Below, piece after piece: positions 32,109 through 42,574 of a stretch of DNA of 64,000 nucleotides. The notes under the pieces were generated by a model that made no database searches, was not told the origin of the DNA, and worked only from the letters and a program-made list of their open reading frames with translations. Both the position numbers and the translations under genes were made by a program. This stretch comes from a candidate division WOR-3 bacterium (GTDB taxonomy: Bacteria > Hydrothermota > 32-111): assembly GCA_037481815.1 (NCBI GenBank), contig JBBFKX010000001.1, forward strand, positions 1,373 to 65,372, given 5' to 3'. How positions within the stretch are numbered: position 1 is the stretch's first letter; the number at the start of each line of letters is the position of its first letter.

Positions 32109-32600
32109 ATGAAGGATGAGAGAGATCTTGTTAAACTGATTTTTGGAATACTTATGGTTTTAATCGGCGGGATGATATTTCTTTCAACATTTTTTAACAT
32201 TTCGATTCCAATATTTAAAACCGTGGTTTCCTTTCTTTTAATTTATTTTGGAATCACAATGCTTCTTGGTAAAAGGTCTTTATTCTTTGTAACCGATAAA
32301 GTGGATCAGAAAAGAAAAGATTATCTTGTGCTTTTTTCTTCAAGCCATATAGATGCATCGGAAGTTGAGGGAAAGAAAATTCTGAATGTGGATGTAATTT
32401 TAGGTCAGGGTGTTATCTATATAAAAAGAGGTATGAACTGCAAGATATATGCAACATCAGTTTTTGGACAACTCACTACTCCACATGGAGATAACATAGT
32501 TTTTGGAAATAAGGATATGAAAATGGGAGAAAATCCCGAGGAAGGATTGATCATAATTGCAACTGTTGTTCTGGGAGCACTGGAAATAGTTGAAAAATAG
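32109..32600 (+). CDS. Hypothetical membrane protein (two N-terminal TM helices, C-terminal beta-rich domain; LiaF / toastrack-like?).
   Basis: Hydrophobic segments LIFGILMVLIGGMIFL and VVSFLLIYFGITMLLG. AAAGGAG RBS. Confidence 0.45.
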   Translation: MKDERDLVKLIFGILMVLIGGMIFLSTFFNISIPIFKTVVSFLLIYFGITMLLGKRSLFFVTDKVDQKRKDYLVLFSSSHIDASEVEGKKILNVDVILGQGVIYIKRGMNCKIYATSVFGQLTTPHGDNIVFGNKDMKMGENPEEGLIIIATVVLGALEIVEK

Positions 32601-32605
32601 GAGGG

Positions 32606-33118
32606 GTGTATATGGGACTTCTTCTTGTAACATTATTTTCAATTGTAATCTTTATCGGTGGAATAAAAATAATTTTTGGCAAGAACAGGGCGCTTGAAAA
32701 TTTTTTTGATAGTTTTATTCTTATCATTCTTGGAACATTTCTTCTTTTTTACAACTACACAAAAAATTCTGAAAACTTTTTCTCTTTTAGAGAGGATGAA
32801 ATAATTTTGAAAAATCAAAACAAAAAATATATTATAATCTTTTCAAAACCTGATCTTGATCTATCATCACTTGAATCTCTAAAAGATTCCCAGGAGTATG
32901 AGATAAAAATTTTCTTTTCAAATGTTAAAATAAAGCAGAATACAACCTCTCCCTTTGATTTTAATATAAAGGGTTTCTTATATTCTTCAAAACTTCATTC
33001 CGGGAAAGGATTTTTAACAGGTCAGGTTGATGAAAACCTATCAGGTGATTCTCTGGATCTTTCTGTTAAGGTAAAATTTAAACTCTATTTCAGTAGTCTG
33101 GAATTTTCAAGAGAATAG
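32606..33118 (+). CDS. Hypothetical membrane protein.
   Basis: Two N-terminal TM helices. GGAGG RBS. No motifs. Confidence 0.4.
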   Translation: MYMGLLLVTLFSIVIFIGGIKIIFGKNRALENFFDSFILIILGTFLLFYNYTKNSENFFSFREDEIILKNQNKKYIIIFSKPDLDLSSLESLKDSQEYEIKIFFSNVKIKQNTTSPFDFNIKGFLYSSKLHSGKGFLTGQVDENLSGDSLDLSVKVKFKLYFSSLEFSRE

Positions 33119-33693
33119 TGTTGAGAAAATATTTTGTAGTTTTATTTTCTCTTTTTTATATGTTGATCTTAAATGCGCAGATAAAGGAGGGTAAATTTGC
33201 CTTTATCGAAAAAGATAATAAAAAAATTTTTCAATTAATAGTTGAACAAAAGGTTGATTCTCTGGTGCTTTTTCTGAAGGGTGATAAACTTATCTATTCT
33301 GAAAAATATATAGCATCCAACGATTCTTTTTTTCTTCTCAAAAGAGTTTTTAAAGTTGGACTTTTAACATACGATTTAAACTACTCTCCAATAAGGTTAA
33401 GGTTTATCCTTCCTTTTGAAAGAGATCAGAAATGGGAATATGAGGGAATTGAGAAATCTACAATCCATAAAGCGAAAATAAAATCTTATGGTTTTGTATC
33501 TGAGGATGAAACAGGATTCAGAGTTTTCAATATAACTTTCAGAAATGATTCTCCTGATACTTCGATAATAGAGTTTAACAGGGACTACAAGATAAAAAAA
33601 ATTTTTATTGAACTGCCAGAAATTTTTCTGCTCAGACAGTTGTTGGGTTTTAAAACGAATAGATTGGTTTTTGAAAATTATGGAAAAGAATAA
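33118..33693 (+). CDS. Hypothetical secreted protein (signal peptide).
   Basis: Signal-like VVLFSLFYMLILNAQ. No motifs. Confidence 0.4.
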   Translation: MLRKYFVVLFSLFYMLILNAQIKEGKFAFIEKDNKKIFQLIVEQKVDSLVLFLKGDKLIYSEKYIASNDSFFLLKRVFKVGLLTYDLNYSPIRLRFILPFERDQKWEYEGIEKSTIHKAKIKSYGFVSEDETGFRVFNITFRNDSPDTSIIEFNRDYKIKKIFIELPEIFLLRQLLGFKTNRLVFENYGKE

Positions 33694-35737
33694 TCTATTT
33701 GATAACATCAAATATTTAAAAGGTGTTGGTCCTAAGATGGCTGAGATTTTGAATCAGATGGGAATATATACAAAATACGATCTTTTAACATATCCTCCTT
33801 TCCGATATATTGACAGAAATATTATAGAAGAGGATAAAATCGAAGATGGAAATTATATAACAATCTTTGCACAGGTTATCGATTGTGGTGAAATTTTTAC
33901 CAGAAAAAGAAAATATATTTTTCAGGCACTCGCAAAAACAAAAAAAGAAAATTATTTTTTTTTAACATGGTTCAACAACAGGTTTATAAAAAACAGTATA
34001 AAGAAAGGTGATATAGCACTTTTCAGTGGAAAAGTTCGTATCAAAAGGGGAGGTTTTGAGATTTTACATCCAGATTTTGAGATTTTTCAGGATGATTTTT
34101 TTGAACTCATAAACACAGGGAAAATTGTTCCCGTCTACCATACAAAATCAAACTTAACTCAAAAATATTTAAGAAAACTTGTTTTCAATCTTCTGAAAAA
34201 TATCGATCAGATCGAAGAAGATTTGCCTCCCAATCTTTTAGCACAAAAAAATCTTATCGATTTAACACAGGCAATAAAAAATTTACATTTCCCTGAGAAT
34301 GAGAAAAAGAAGGATGAAAGTTTGAGAAGGTTGAAATATGGTGAACTTTTTTATGCCGGATTACTTGTCGCAAAAAGAAAGATTGAAAATAGAGAAAGGA
34401 GAGTAGAAAAGAATTATCTTTCAAGCAGTGTTCTTGTTGATAGATTTCTTTCATCACTTGATTTTGAATTAACAGAAGATCAGAAAAAAGTTGTTGGGGA
34501 AATTTTGAATGACCTGAAGAGTGATAGACCTATGAACCGACTTTTGATGGGTGATGTTGGTGTTGGTAAAACTGTTGTTGCAACAATTGCGATGCTTTAT
34601 GCTGTTGATAGTGGTTACCAGACGGCACTTATGGCACCAACCGAGATACTCGCTCAACAGCATTACCTTAAAATCAAAAATTGGGTTGAAAATCTTGGAG
34701 TTGATGTTGAACTTTTAACATCATCGATTACAGAAAATAAGAGAAGATATGAACAGATCAGGAATGGTGATATAAAAATAGTAATTGGAACGCACGCTTT
34801 GATCGGTGAAGATGTTGTTTTCAAAAATCTGAAATTTGTAATCGTAGATGAACAGCACAGGTTTGGTGTTATCCACAGATCCTCATTAAAGGAGAAAGGT
34901 GTTGATGTTGACTATCTTGTTATGACCGCAACACCTATTCCGAGATCTTTATCTCTTGCGATCTACGGGGATATGGATCTATCGGAGATACGACAGAGAC
35001 CTTCAATGCAAAAAGAGATAAAAACAAAATGGGTTTCTCCAGAAGGGATCGTGAAGATGTATGAATTCATCAGAAAAAGGATTGATAACAGAGAAAGAGT
35101 TTTCATCGTTTGTCCTGCTATCGAAGGTGGCGAAGAGGCTGATTATGAATCAGTCAAGAAGGTTTATGAAAATCTTTCAAAGACATATCTTAAAGGGTAT
35201 AAACTTGGAATAATCCATTCAAAGTTGAGTCCAAAAGAAAGGGAAAAAATCATGTATGAACTTAAAGAGGGTGTTATAGATGTTCTCGTTGGGACCACGA
35301 TAATTGAGGTTGGAATAGATATTAAGGAAGCAACGGTGATGGTGATCCTTTCTGCTGAAAGGTTCGGATTGTCTCAATTACACCAGTTGAGAGGAAGAGT
35401 TGGAAGGGGAGATAAACAATCGTTCTGTTTTGTTGTCTCATCTGAAGATATAACAGATGATGCTAAAAAACGTCTTCAGGTTTTTTCCAGATACCACGAT
35501 GGTTTTAAAATCTCTGAATACGATCTGAAACTGAGAGGTCCAGGTGAAATCTGGGGAAAGAAACAGAGTGGTATACCAGTGTTCAAATTTGCAAACTTTT
35601 TTGATGATTTTGATCTGATGAAGGAAGCGTTTAAAGACGCTGAGGATTTTTTGTATACAGATATGAATCTATTGAAAAAAGAAAATAGGGTTGTTAAAAT
35701 AAATATTGAGAGGAGATTGAATGAAAAAGTTGATTAA
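33680..35737 (+). CDS. recG: ATP-dependent DNA helicase RecG.
   Basis: Wedge domain followed by helicase motifs: I LMGDVGVGKT, II VIVDEQHRFG, III TATPIPRS, VI QLRGRVGRG. TRG motif present. Start at MEKNNLF; the track's upstream extension from 33608 was rejected. Confidence 0.9.
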   Translation: MEKNNLFDNIKYLKGVGPKMAEILNQMGIYTKYDLLTYPPFRYIDRNIIEEDKIEDGNYITIFAQVIDCGEIFTRKRKYIFQALAKTKKENYFFLTWFNNRFIKNSIKKGDIALFSGKVRIKRGGFEILHPDFEIFQDDFFELINTGKIVPVYHTKSNLTQKYLRKLVFNLLKNIDQIEEDLPPNLLAQKNLIDLTQAIKNLHFPENEKKKDESLRRLKYGELFYAGLLVAKRKIENRERRVEKNYLSSSVLVDRFLSSLDFELTEDQKKVVGEILNDLKSDRPMNRLLMGDVGVGKTVVATIAMLYAVDSGYQTALMAPTEILAQQHYLKIKNWVENLGVDVELLTSSITENKRRYEQIRNGDIKIVIGTHALIGEDVVFKNLKFVIVDEQHRFGVIHRSSLKEKGVDVDYLVMTATPIPRSLSLAIYGDMDLSEIRQRPSMQKEIKTKWVSPEGIVKMYEFIRKRIDNRERVFIVCPAIEGGEEADYESVKKVYENLSKTYLKGYKLGIIHSKLSPKEREKIMYELKEGVIDVLVGTTIIEVGIDIKEATVMVILSAERFGLSQLHQLRGRVGRGDKQSFCFVVSSEDITDDAKKRLQVFSRYHDGFKISEYDLKLRGPGEIWGKKQSGIPVFKFANFFDDFDLMKEAFKDAEDFLYTDMNLLKKENRVVKINIERRLNEKVD

Positions 35738-36740
35738 ATTTTCGTTTCTATTTTTTTTAGTGATTCTGACCATTTTTTCTATCTCATGTGAGAAAAAGAA
35801 AAGGATCAAAGATTTTGCTATAGGAAAAGTTGAAGAGATTGTTGTAGCAGCGAGTGAACCGGTTTATGCAAATGTTGAAAAAGAGTTGCTCGATGCTTTA
35901 TACATTCAGATAGATCTTCCGGTAAAAGAATCGATATTTTATACCGTGTATTCACCTCTTGAAAAACTTCACATACATAAGAAGAACAAAAACATTGTTT
36001 TTATCACAAACATCAACAGAACTGATGAATATTCAAAAATAATAAATGAATTTTTAAACAAAGATGATATTGAACTTGTAAAGAAAGAAAAGGTCTCCTA
36101 TTTTAGAGTTTTTGATGGTTTTGCTGAAGGACAGAATATCCTTATCATAGCGGGAACAGATGAAAATCTGATAAAAGAGTCGATAAAACAGAATAAAGAA
36201 AAAATTCAAAAATTCTTTCTTGAAAATTCATATAGATCTGTTGAGATGATGGTTTATTTCACAGGGGAAAATAAAAGGGTATCCTCTATGATTTATGAAA
36301 AACTTGGAATAAAAATAAAAGTTCCATCGGATTTTCAAACATCTTTCTATGATAAGAATCTTAACTCTTATGCGATAGTTGGCAGATATCCTGATAGGTT
36401 TATTACGATTCTGAAAACAAAAGATTTAAAAAATTTCAACTTTGATTTCATGATAAAAACAAGAAATATGATCGGAAAAGAAAAATATTATGGTGATTTT
36501 ATTGATACATCTTTTATCCCATTGAAAAGAGAGGAAGTTGATTTTAAAGGTTTCAAAGCACTCTATATGATGGGAGTTTATTCGAATGATAAAGAAAATT
36601 TAGGCGGCCCATTCTTCACATATCTCATAAATACGGGAAAAGAACTTGTATATGTTGATGGTCATATCTTCTATCCTGGTGAAAGGAAATATTTCAAACT
36701 TATGGAGTTAAAAGCGATAGTCAACACCTTGGAGTTTTGA
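35721..36740 (+). CDS. Hypothetical lipoprotein.
   Basis: Lipobox LTIFSISC after a hydrophobic signal. No motifs. Confidence 0.45.
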   Translation: MKKLIKFSFLFFLVILTIFSISCEKKKRIKDFAIGKVEEIVVAASEPVYANVEKELLDALYIQIDLPVKESIFYTVYSPLEKLHIHKKNKNIVFITNINRTDEYSKIINEFLNKDDIELVKKEKVSYFRVFDGFAEGQNILIIAGTDENLIKESIKQNKEKIQKFFLENSYRSVEMMVYFTGENKRVSSMIYEKLGIKIKVPSDFQTSFYDKNLNSYAIVGRYPDRFITILKTKDLKNFNFDFMIKTRNMIGKEKYYGDFIDTSFIPLKREEVDFKGFKALYMMGVYSNDKENLGGPFFTYLINTGKELVYVDGHIFYPGERKYFKLMELKAIVNTLEF

Positions 36741-36991
36741 TGAAAAAAGTTACCCTTCTTGTCGGGAACTGGTCTAAAGAATCTCAGGAAGTCAAAGAGA
36801 TCTGGTTGCGGTTAAAAAAAAGTAAAAAATTTGAACTTAAAATACTTGATGTTTCAACAAAAGAGGGTGCAGAAGTTATGGATAGATATGAGATCTCTGT
36901 AATCCCTATAACTATAATCGATGATGAAATCAAATTTATCGGAATACCTGATCTAAAAAAAATAGAGGAGATTTTTGATGAAGAGGATTAG
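36737..36991 (+). CDS. Small thioredoxin-fold-like protein lacking the CxxC motif.
   Basis: Topology similar to Trx/Grx-like proteins (VTLLVGNWSKES...VIPITIIDDEIKFIGIP) but no redox cysteines. Confidence 0.3.
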   Translation: MMKKVTLLVGNWSKESQEVKEIWLRLKKSKKFELKILDVSTKEGAEVMDRYEISVIPITIIDDEIKFIGIPDLKKIEEIFDEED

Positions 36992-38558
36992 TTTTTTTCT
37001 TTTTCTGCTGTTGATTTTTCTGTTGTTGTTCCCTAACGAAAAATCGATGATAGAATCATTGTCTTACCTTTCTTTGAAGACAGAGAACCTTTCAATACCA
37101 ATCGAAAATCTGAAAAGAGATAGTTATGCTTTCTTTGTTAACGATCTTTTGTTGAAATATCCTCAAAAAGGGGAAGAGTGTTCTGAAAATTTAAAGTTTT
37201 TGATCGAAAACAGAATGTTTTTCAATCTTTTCGACTATGTTGACAAAGGTAAATTTTCCAGAAAAAATAAAAAATTTGAAAAAGATTTTTCATATTCAAC
37301 TCCTTTTCTAGATTATGAATATCCTTCATTCATTTATGATACTATGATAAACGATTCTGTATATTTTCTTGAAGCAGAAAAGTTTCTGAAAGGTTGTGAT
37401 TCATATTTTTCAAAAAACGATATAGAAATTTTGCTGAGAGAGGTTGACAGGTTGTTTTCGTTCACTCCTGATATCCTTTTAGATTATCTTAAAAAGAATA
37501 TAGAAAATTATAAAAGAAATGGAGTAGAGATAATCATCGATAGTTTAAAAGAGGATAATGTTTATTACATCGATAAACCGAATATTTTAATTTTTGATAT
37601 TGGAGGTAGCGATACATATATAGCAAAAAAACAAGGATGTCTTGCAACCGGGTTAAAAGGTCTTGGAGGAATAATCGATGTTGATGGAGATGACAGATAT
37701 TATGGAAAAAGTTTTGACATTGGAACTGGAGTTTTTGGAGTTGGGTTTGTATGGGATATGAAGGGTAACGATATCTACAAATCAGATTTTGCTAATATCG
37801 GTGCTGGTTTTGCAGGTATTGGTTTTGTTTTCGATGAGGAAGGTAACGATAATTTTATATCTGAAGGTTTTTCCCAGGGATTCGGTTTTACAAAAGGAAT
37901 CGGATTTATATATGATAAAACTGGAAACGATGTGTATCTTGTTCAAAACGGTTGTATTGATCATCGAGAGATGAATTACCATTCACATCTTTCTCAGGGA
38001 TTCGGGTTTGGTATAAGAGATATCGCATCAGGCGGAGTTGGTGTGATTCTGGATCTTCAGGGAAACGATTTTTACAAGGGAGAGTATTTCGTTCAGGGTT
38101 CTTCCTACTGGTTTGCTTTAGGGCTCTTGTACGACAGCACCGGAAACGATGTTTATTCAAGTAGAAGATACAGCCAGGGTGCAGGAACCCATTATACAAC
38201 AGGTGTTTTGATCGATAGGGAAGGTGATGATGCACACTATTCATGGGGAGTTTCACTTGGATGTGGACACGATTTTTCATCCGGGTTTCTGTTCGATTAT
38301 AAGGGAAACGATGTTTACTATTCTGACTGGTTGAGTATTGGTGCCGGGAACGCTAACGGTAATGGAATTTTGATAGATTTTGAAGGAGATGATTCTTATT
38401 TTTCAAAAAAGCAGGATTGTATGGGTTATGGGAATCCAGATAGAAACACTTTTTCGATCGGTGTTCTGTTCGATAAAAAAGGAAACGATCTTTACAATGG
38501 CAAAAATCAGAAAACAGGTGTGAAATCTGAAATGGGAGTATTGATAGATGAAGAGTAA
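36975..38558 (+). CDS. Secreted repeat protein with about 12 tandem ~23-aa GNDxY/GxGxxxGxG repeats (beta-solenoid-like).
   Basis: Signal peptide MMKRISFFLFLLLIFLLLF. Repeats such as DMKGNDIYKSDFANIGAGFAGIGFVF, DEEGNDNFISEGFSQGFGFTKGIGFIY, DKTGNDVY..., DLQGNDFY..., DSTGNDVY..., DYKGNDVY..., DFEGDDSY..., DKKGNDLY. Confidence 0.5.
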   Translation: MMKRISFFLFLLLIFLLLFPNEKSMIESLSYLSLKTENLSIPIENLKRDSYAFFVNDLLLKYPQKGEECSENLKFLIENRMFFNLFDYVDKGKFSRKNKKFEKDFSYSTPFLDYEYPSFIYDTMINDSVYFLEAEKFLKGCDSYFSKNDIEILLREVDRLFSFTPDILLDYLKKNIENYKRNGVEIIIDSLKEDNVYYIDKPNILIFDIGGSDTYIAKKQGCLATGLKGLGGIIDVDGDDRYYGKSFDIGTGVFGVGFVWDMKGNDIYKSDFANIGAGFAGIGFVFDEEGNDNFISEGFSQGFGFTKGIGFIYDKTGNDVYLVQNGCIDHREMNYHSHLSQGFGFGIRDIASGGVGVILDLQGNDFYKGEYFVQGSSYWFALGLLYDSTGNDVYSSRRYSQGAGTHYTTGVLIDREGDDAHYSWGVSLGCGHDFSSGFLFDYKGNDVYYSDWLSIGAGNANGNGILIDFEGDDSYFSKKQDCMGYGNPDRNTFSIGVLFDKKGNDLYNGKNQKTGVKSEMGVLIDEE

Positions 38559-39441
38559 AATTTTGTTTTTGATTTTTTTATTTTCTTCGATAAAAATTTT
38601 TCCATCTTTTGAAGAGTTGGTAAAAAAACTTGACTATTTCGAGGATTCATTGCAGGTTCAAATCGATTCTACACTTTTATCGGATTACAACGAAAGAACT
38701 ATCGATTATATGATAGAAAAGTTAAACTCTCCCGACTGGTTTTTTAAAAATATCTCGATAAGGATTCTTAAAAAAGTTAAAGATAAAGAATCGCTTTTAA
38801 CAAGACTTCAGGAGAGAAATGTTGATAGAATTTTTATTATGAAAATTTTTGAAAATGATTCTGGTTTTACACTTTATGATAATTTGAAAATTGAAGATCT
38901 GAAAATTTATGAGATAAACACCTATATCTCTTTTCTTGAAAAAAAGAAAAGATTGAAAACAATTTATGAAATTATAGATAAAAATTATAATGACTATATT
39001 GTAGTAAAAGCGTTGCAATCTCTGAACGATGCTGGTCTTAAAGATCCGTTTTGCAGAGATGAGATTTTAAAAAACAAAAGAACTATTGAAAACCTGATCG
39101 CAAAAAAGAATTTAAGGGTAAACAAAAGTTTATCTATTTTAATTTCAAATTTTTTTGCTGATTCTATTGAAAAATTTTTTAACTTAAAACAAATAAACGA
39201 TATTCCAACATTTTCTCTCTATATCGAAAGTGTAACTTTATCAGGTAAAAAAATTGAACCTGAAACGATCGAAAAATTTTATAATAACTTCAGAACAAAA
39301 GATTTTTACTATCTTGATTCTGTTGTTAAAGAATATTTTCAAACATTTTCAAAAGAAGAACTTGAAAAAATACAAAATAAGGTTGAAAACAAATTTTTAA
39401 AAGTTATAATTAAAGAAGTGATAGGGGAAGATAATGGATAA
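38548..39441 (+). CDS. Hypothetical protein (signal peptide; alpha-helical).
   Basis: N-terminal hydrophobic [18 protein letters not shown]. No motifs. Confidence 0.4.
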   Translation: MKSKILFLIFLFSSIKIFPSFEELVKKLDYFEDSLQVQIDSTLLSDYNERTIDYMIEKLNSPDWFFKNISIRILKKVKDKESLLTRLQERNVDRIFIMKIFENDSGFTLYDNLKIEDLKIYEINTYISFLEKKKRLKTIYEIIDKNYNDYIVVKALQSLNDAGLKDPFCRDEILKNKRTIENLIAKKNLRVNKSLSILISNFFADSIEKFFNLKQINDIPTFSLYIESVTLSGKKIEPETIEKFYNNFRTKDFYYLDSVVKEYFQTFSKEELEKIQNKVENKFLKVIIKEVIGEDNG

Positions 39442-39901
39442 GAGACCTTCCTGGGATGAATATTTTATGGAGATAACAAAACTTGTTGCTTCAAGAGCAA
39501 CATGTCTCAGAAGAAAAGTTGGTGCGATAATCGTTAAAGATAGACACATCCTTTCTACAGGGTACAATGGACCACCAAAAGGTGTGAAACATTGTGATGA
39601 ACTTGGTGGTTGTTTGAGAGAAAAATTGAATGTTCCTTCTGGAGAAAGAATGGAACTTTCAAGAGCGGTTCATGCTGAGCAGAACGCTATAATACAGGCA
39701 GCAAAACTTGGGATCAACATCGAGGGTGCTGATATGTATGTTACAAACCAGCCATGTTTTATCTGTGCAAAGATGATAATAAACGCAGGTATTAAAAGGG
39801 TTATAATAAATGAGGGTTATCCTGATAAGTACGCTGAAGAGATATTGAAAGAAGCGAATGTTGAACTTATAGTTCTGAATACAAAAAAGGAGGAAAAATG
39901 A
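39434..39901 (+). CDS. comEB: dCMP deaminase (ComEB-type deoxycytidylate deaminase).
   Basis: CMP/dCMP deaminase zinc motifs HAEQNAI and PCFICAKMI. 155 aa. Confidence 0.85.
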   Translation: MDKRPSWDEYFMEITKLVASRATCLRRKVGAIIVKDRHILSTGYNGPPKGVKHCDELGGCLREKLNVPSGERMELSRAVHAEQNAIIQAAKLGINIEGADMYVTNQPCFICAKMIINAGIKRVIINEGYPDKYAEEILKEANVELIVLNTKKEEK

Positions 39902-40944
39902 AGAGAATTTTATCTTTTGTTCTGGTGATCTTTTTGTTGTTTCTGCTCGGTTGTTCACTTGTGGCTATAAAACCTGTAAAGAGTGTTTCTGTTGTTGGAA
40001 CACCTTATGTTTTATCAACATTTTACACTGATGGAAAATTTGTGTTGAACATTCTTGCTCTCGATGGTGACTCAAACCCTGTTGAGTTGAACTCTTCAAA
40101 TGTTAAGATAATAATCGATTCTGTAGTAGATTATTATGGAACGAAAACCAAAGGGTTCGATGTAAAAGTTGTAGATTTTCAAAAGATAGTTTTTGAGGAC
40201 GGAGATATGGGACTCGCGATGCTTTTTGATGGTTCAGGTAGTATGTCATCTTCTGATCCATATTGGCTCAGAAAGGATGCTGCGACGAAAATGATAGATT
40301 ATCTTGCCTCTGACAGGCCTAATTCTATGGTTGGAATTTTTGATTTTGCAGTTGGTTATGATACTCTATACTATTTCAGAACTTTGCAGGATTTTGTTGA
40401 AGTTGGAACGAACAAAAATCTTTTGATCGCTGCATTGGATTCACTTGCCAACTCAGGTGCAACACCTCTTTACGATGCGATGGTTTTGGGATGTAGGAAA
40501 CTTGAAAGGGATATAAACAGTGCTGAATACAACAGAGTTTTGATGACTTTAACAGATGGTGGAGATAACGACAGTTATCTTTTGAACTCAACAGCACAGA
40601 GTGTTCTTGCTGAAGCGAAGGCAAAAGAAGTTACACTGATAAACATCGCTTTCGGTGATTATGCTTATACCCCAGATCTTATGATGCTTGCTGATTCAAC
40701 AGGTGGAATTTTTGTGAAAGCACAGGTTGCCGAGGACCTTGAGGATCTGTTCTATCAATTAGGTGTTGGAACGAAGGGAGCAATCCAGAAAGTTACAGCA
40801 CAGTTTACAGATACGATACCTCCATACTATTCAACTGTTTATGGAAGGGTTGAAATCTATAAAGGTGTTTTGCCAGTTCTGAATGTGGTTTCTGCAACAT
40901 TTAAGATGAATGTAATTTCAACCAAAGGTAAACTTGAAGATTAA
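39898..40944 (+). CDS. von Willebrand factor type A domain lipoprotein.
   Basis: Lipobox LLGCS. MIDAS motif MLFDGSGSM plus a downstream T...D. vWA fold. Confidence 0.7.
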   Translation: MKRILSFVLVIFLLFLLGCSLVAIKPVKSVSVVGTPYVLSTFYTDGKFVLNILALDGDSNPVELNSSNVKIIIDSVVDYYGTKTKGFDVKVVDFQKIVFEDGDMGLAMLFDGSGSMSSSDPYWLRKDAATKMIDYLASDRPNSMVGIFDFAVGYDTLYYFRTLQDFVEVGTNKNLLIAALDSLANSGATPLYDAMVLGCRKLERDINSAEYNRVLMTLTDGGDNDSYLLNSTAQSVLAEAKAKEVTLINIAFGDYAYTPDLMMLADSTGGIFVKAQVAEDLEDLFYQLGVGTKGAIQKVTAQFTDTIPPYYSTVYGRVEIYKGVLPVLNVVSATFKMNVISTKGKLED

Positions 40945-40946
40945 AA

Positions 40947-41384
40947 ATGGCTAACATAAAAAAAGTTTGTGTTGAAAGTTTTTTAAAAGAAAATTTTACA
41001 GTCGAGTCAGATATAAGAGGCCATAAAATTTTTGTTGACCAGCCAGAAAATATGGGTGGAGTTGACAAAGGTCCAACTCCACTCGAATACCTTTTTGTTT
41101 CATTGGGTGGTTGTATCGCATCGATAGCAAGAATAGTCGCAAATCAAAAAAGGTTGAACATAAAAAATTTGAAAGTGGTTGTGAGTGGTGATATCGATAC
41201 TGATATTCTTCTTGGGAAATCGAATGATAAAAGGCCGGGATTTTTAAAGATCACTGTAAAAGTTTCTTTTGATAGTGATATGACGAAAGAGGAAAAGGAG
41301 AAATTTTTAAAGGAAGTTGATTCAAGATGTCCGATATCTGACAACATTTTAAATTCAACTCCAGTCGAGATAATCTTAGAGTGA
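40947..41384 (+). CDS. OsmC/Ohr-family peroxiredoxin-like protein.
   Basis: OsmC-like pattern GGVDKGPTPLEYLFVSLGGCIA...C-terminal CPIS. 145 aa. Confidence 0.65.
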   Translation: MANIKKVCVESFLKENFTVESDIRGHKIFVDQPENMGGVDKGPTPLEYLFVSLGGCIASIARIVANQKRLNIKNLKVVVSGDIDTDILLGKSNDKRPGFLKITVKVSFDSDMTKEEKEKFLKEVDSRCPISDNILNSTPVEIILE

Positions 41385-42304
41385 ATCTAAAAAATTTTCT
41401 TCTTATCGTTTTAACTTTTTTTCTTCTTTGTTCATGTACAAAAGAGAATATGACAAAAGAGAATAATTTTCGAAAATTAACACCTGAAGAGGAGTTTGTA
41501 ATAGTTCATAAGGGAACCGAAAAACCTTTTTCAGGTGAATATAATGATTTTTTTGAAAAGGGGACATATCACTGTAAAAGGTGTAATGCTCCCCTTTTTA
41601 GATCAGAGTCAAAATTCAGGTCAACATGTGGATGGCCAAGTTTTGATGATCAGATAGAAGGTGCTGTAAAAAGAGTCCCTGATAAAGATGGAGTCAGGAT
41701 TGAGATTCAATGTGCAAACTGTGGAGCACATCTTGGGCATGTTTTTGAAGGGGAAGGGTTTACAGAAAAGAATGTAAGATACTGTGTCAACTCAATATCA
41801 CTTGTTTTTGTACCCGATAAAAATTTGAAAAAAGCGTATTTTGCAGGAGGATGTTTCTGGGGTGTTGAGTTTCTTTTTGAAAAAAAAGAAGGTGTTGTTG
41901 ATGTTGTTTCAGGTTATATGGGAGGAAATGTTGAAAATCCTTCCTACGAGCAGGTTTGTACAGGTAAAACAGGTCATTATGAAACTGTTGAAGTTACCTA
42001 TGATGCAACGAAAACAAATTTTGAAGAACTTGTGAAATATTTTTTTGAGATACATGATTTCTCACAGGAGAATGGACAGGGCCCAGATATCGGAGAGCAA
42101 TACAAATCTGTAATATTTTACAATGATGAAAATGAAAAAAATCTTGCTTTAAAAACCATCGAAACTTTAAAATCGAAAGGTTATAAGGTTGCAACAAAGT
42201 TAAAACCTGTCAGCAAATTTTTTATTGCTGAAGAATATCATCAAAACTATTATGAAAAAAATAAAAAGAAACCTTATTGTCATTTTCATAGAAAAATTTT
42301 TTGA
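41381..42304 (+). CDS. msrAB: Bifunctional methionine sulfoxide reductase MsrB-MsrA fusion with a lipoprotein signal.
   Basis: MsrB Zn/catalytic motifs CKRCNAPLF, CGWPSF, CANCGAHLGHVF, followed by the MsrA motif FAGGCFWGVE. N-terminal LLCSC lipobox. Confidence 0.85.
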   Translation: MNLKNFLLIVLTFFLLCSCTKENMTKENNFRKLTPEEEFVIVHKGTEKPFSGEYNDFFEKGTYHCKRCNAPLFRSESKFRSTCGWPSFDDQIEGAVKRVPDKDGVRIEIQCANCGAHLGHVFEGEGFTEKNVRYCVNSISLVFVPDKNLKKAYFAGGCFWGVEFLFEKKEGVVDVVSGYMGGNVENPSYEQVCTGKTGHYETVEVTYDATKTNFEELVKYFFEIHDFSQENGQGPDIGEQYKSVIFYNDENEKNLALKTIETLKSKGYKVATKLKPVSKFFIAEEYHQNYYEKNKKKPYCHFHRKIF

Positions 42305-42409
42305 ATTAAAAGATTCTAAATTTATTTTTAATTTACTGCATTTAAAAAAGTAGAAATTTTTTTAATAAGTAGGGATTCAAAAAGAATTTGAAATGAAAAA
42401 AGTCAAAAA

Positions 42410-42429
42410 GTCAAGCACCGTCCCCGAAA
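42410..42429. repeat. Left copy of a ~29-bp imperfect inverted repeat flanking the R-M / DarTG island (core GTCAAGCACCGTCCCCGAAA).
   Basis: Reverse complement TTTCGGGGACGGTGCTTGACtttttgact matches the right copy TTTTGGGGACGGTGCTTGACaatttgaca at 48874-48902: core 19 of 20 nt, extended about 25 of 29. Confidence 0.75.
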
Positions 42430-42574
42430 TATACTTATAATTTTTTTTATCCAGAATTTTTACATAGAAATATTGTTGAAAAGTAAAAATATTTTTAATA
42501 TAATAAAACTAAAAATGAAAAGTAAAAAAACATTTTAAACTATTGATTAGAATGAATTTTTTGGATGAAATCAA

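Noticed and set aside
33608-33679. Upstream extension of recG (MNCQKFFCSDSCWVL...).
   Set aside because: Conserved RecG N-termini begin near MEKNNLFDNIKYLKGVG. The extension overlaps the preceding ORF and has no homologous support.
42305-42574. tRNA or tmRNA gene as an integration target at the left edge of the defence island.
   Set aside because: The region is extremely AT-rich and has none of the GC-rich stems or the conserved T-arm GTTC(A/G)A motif expected of a tRNA.
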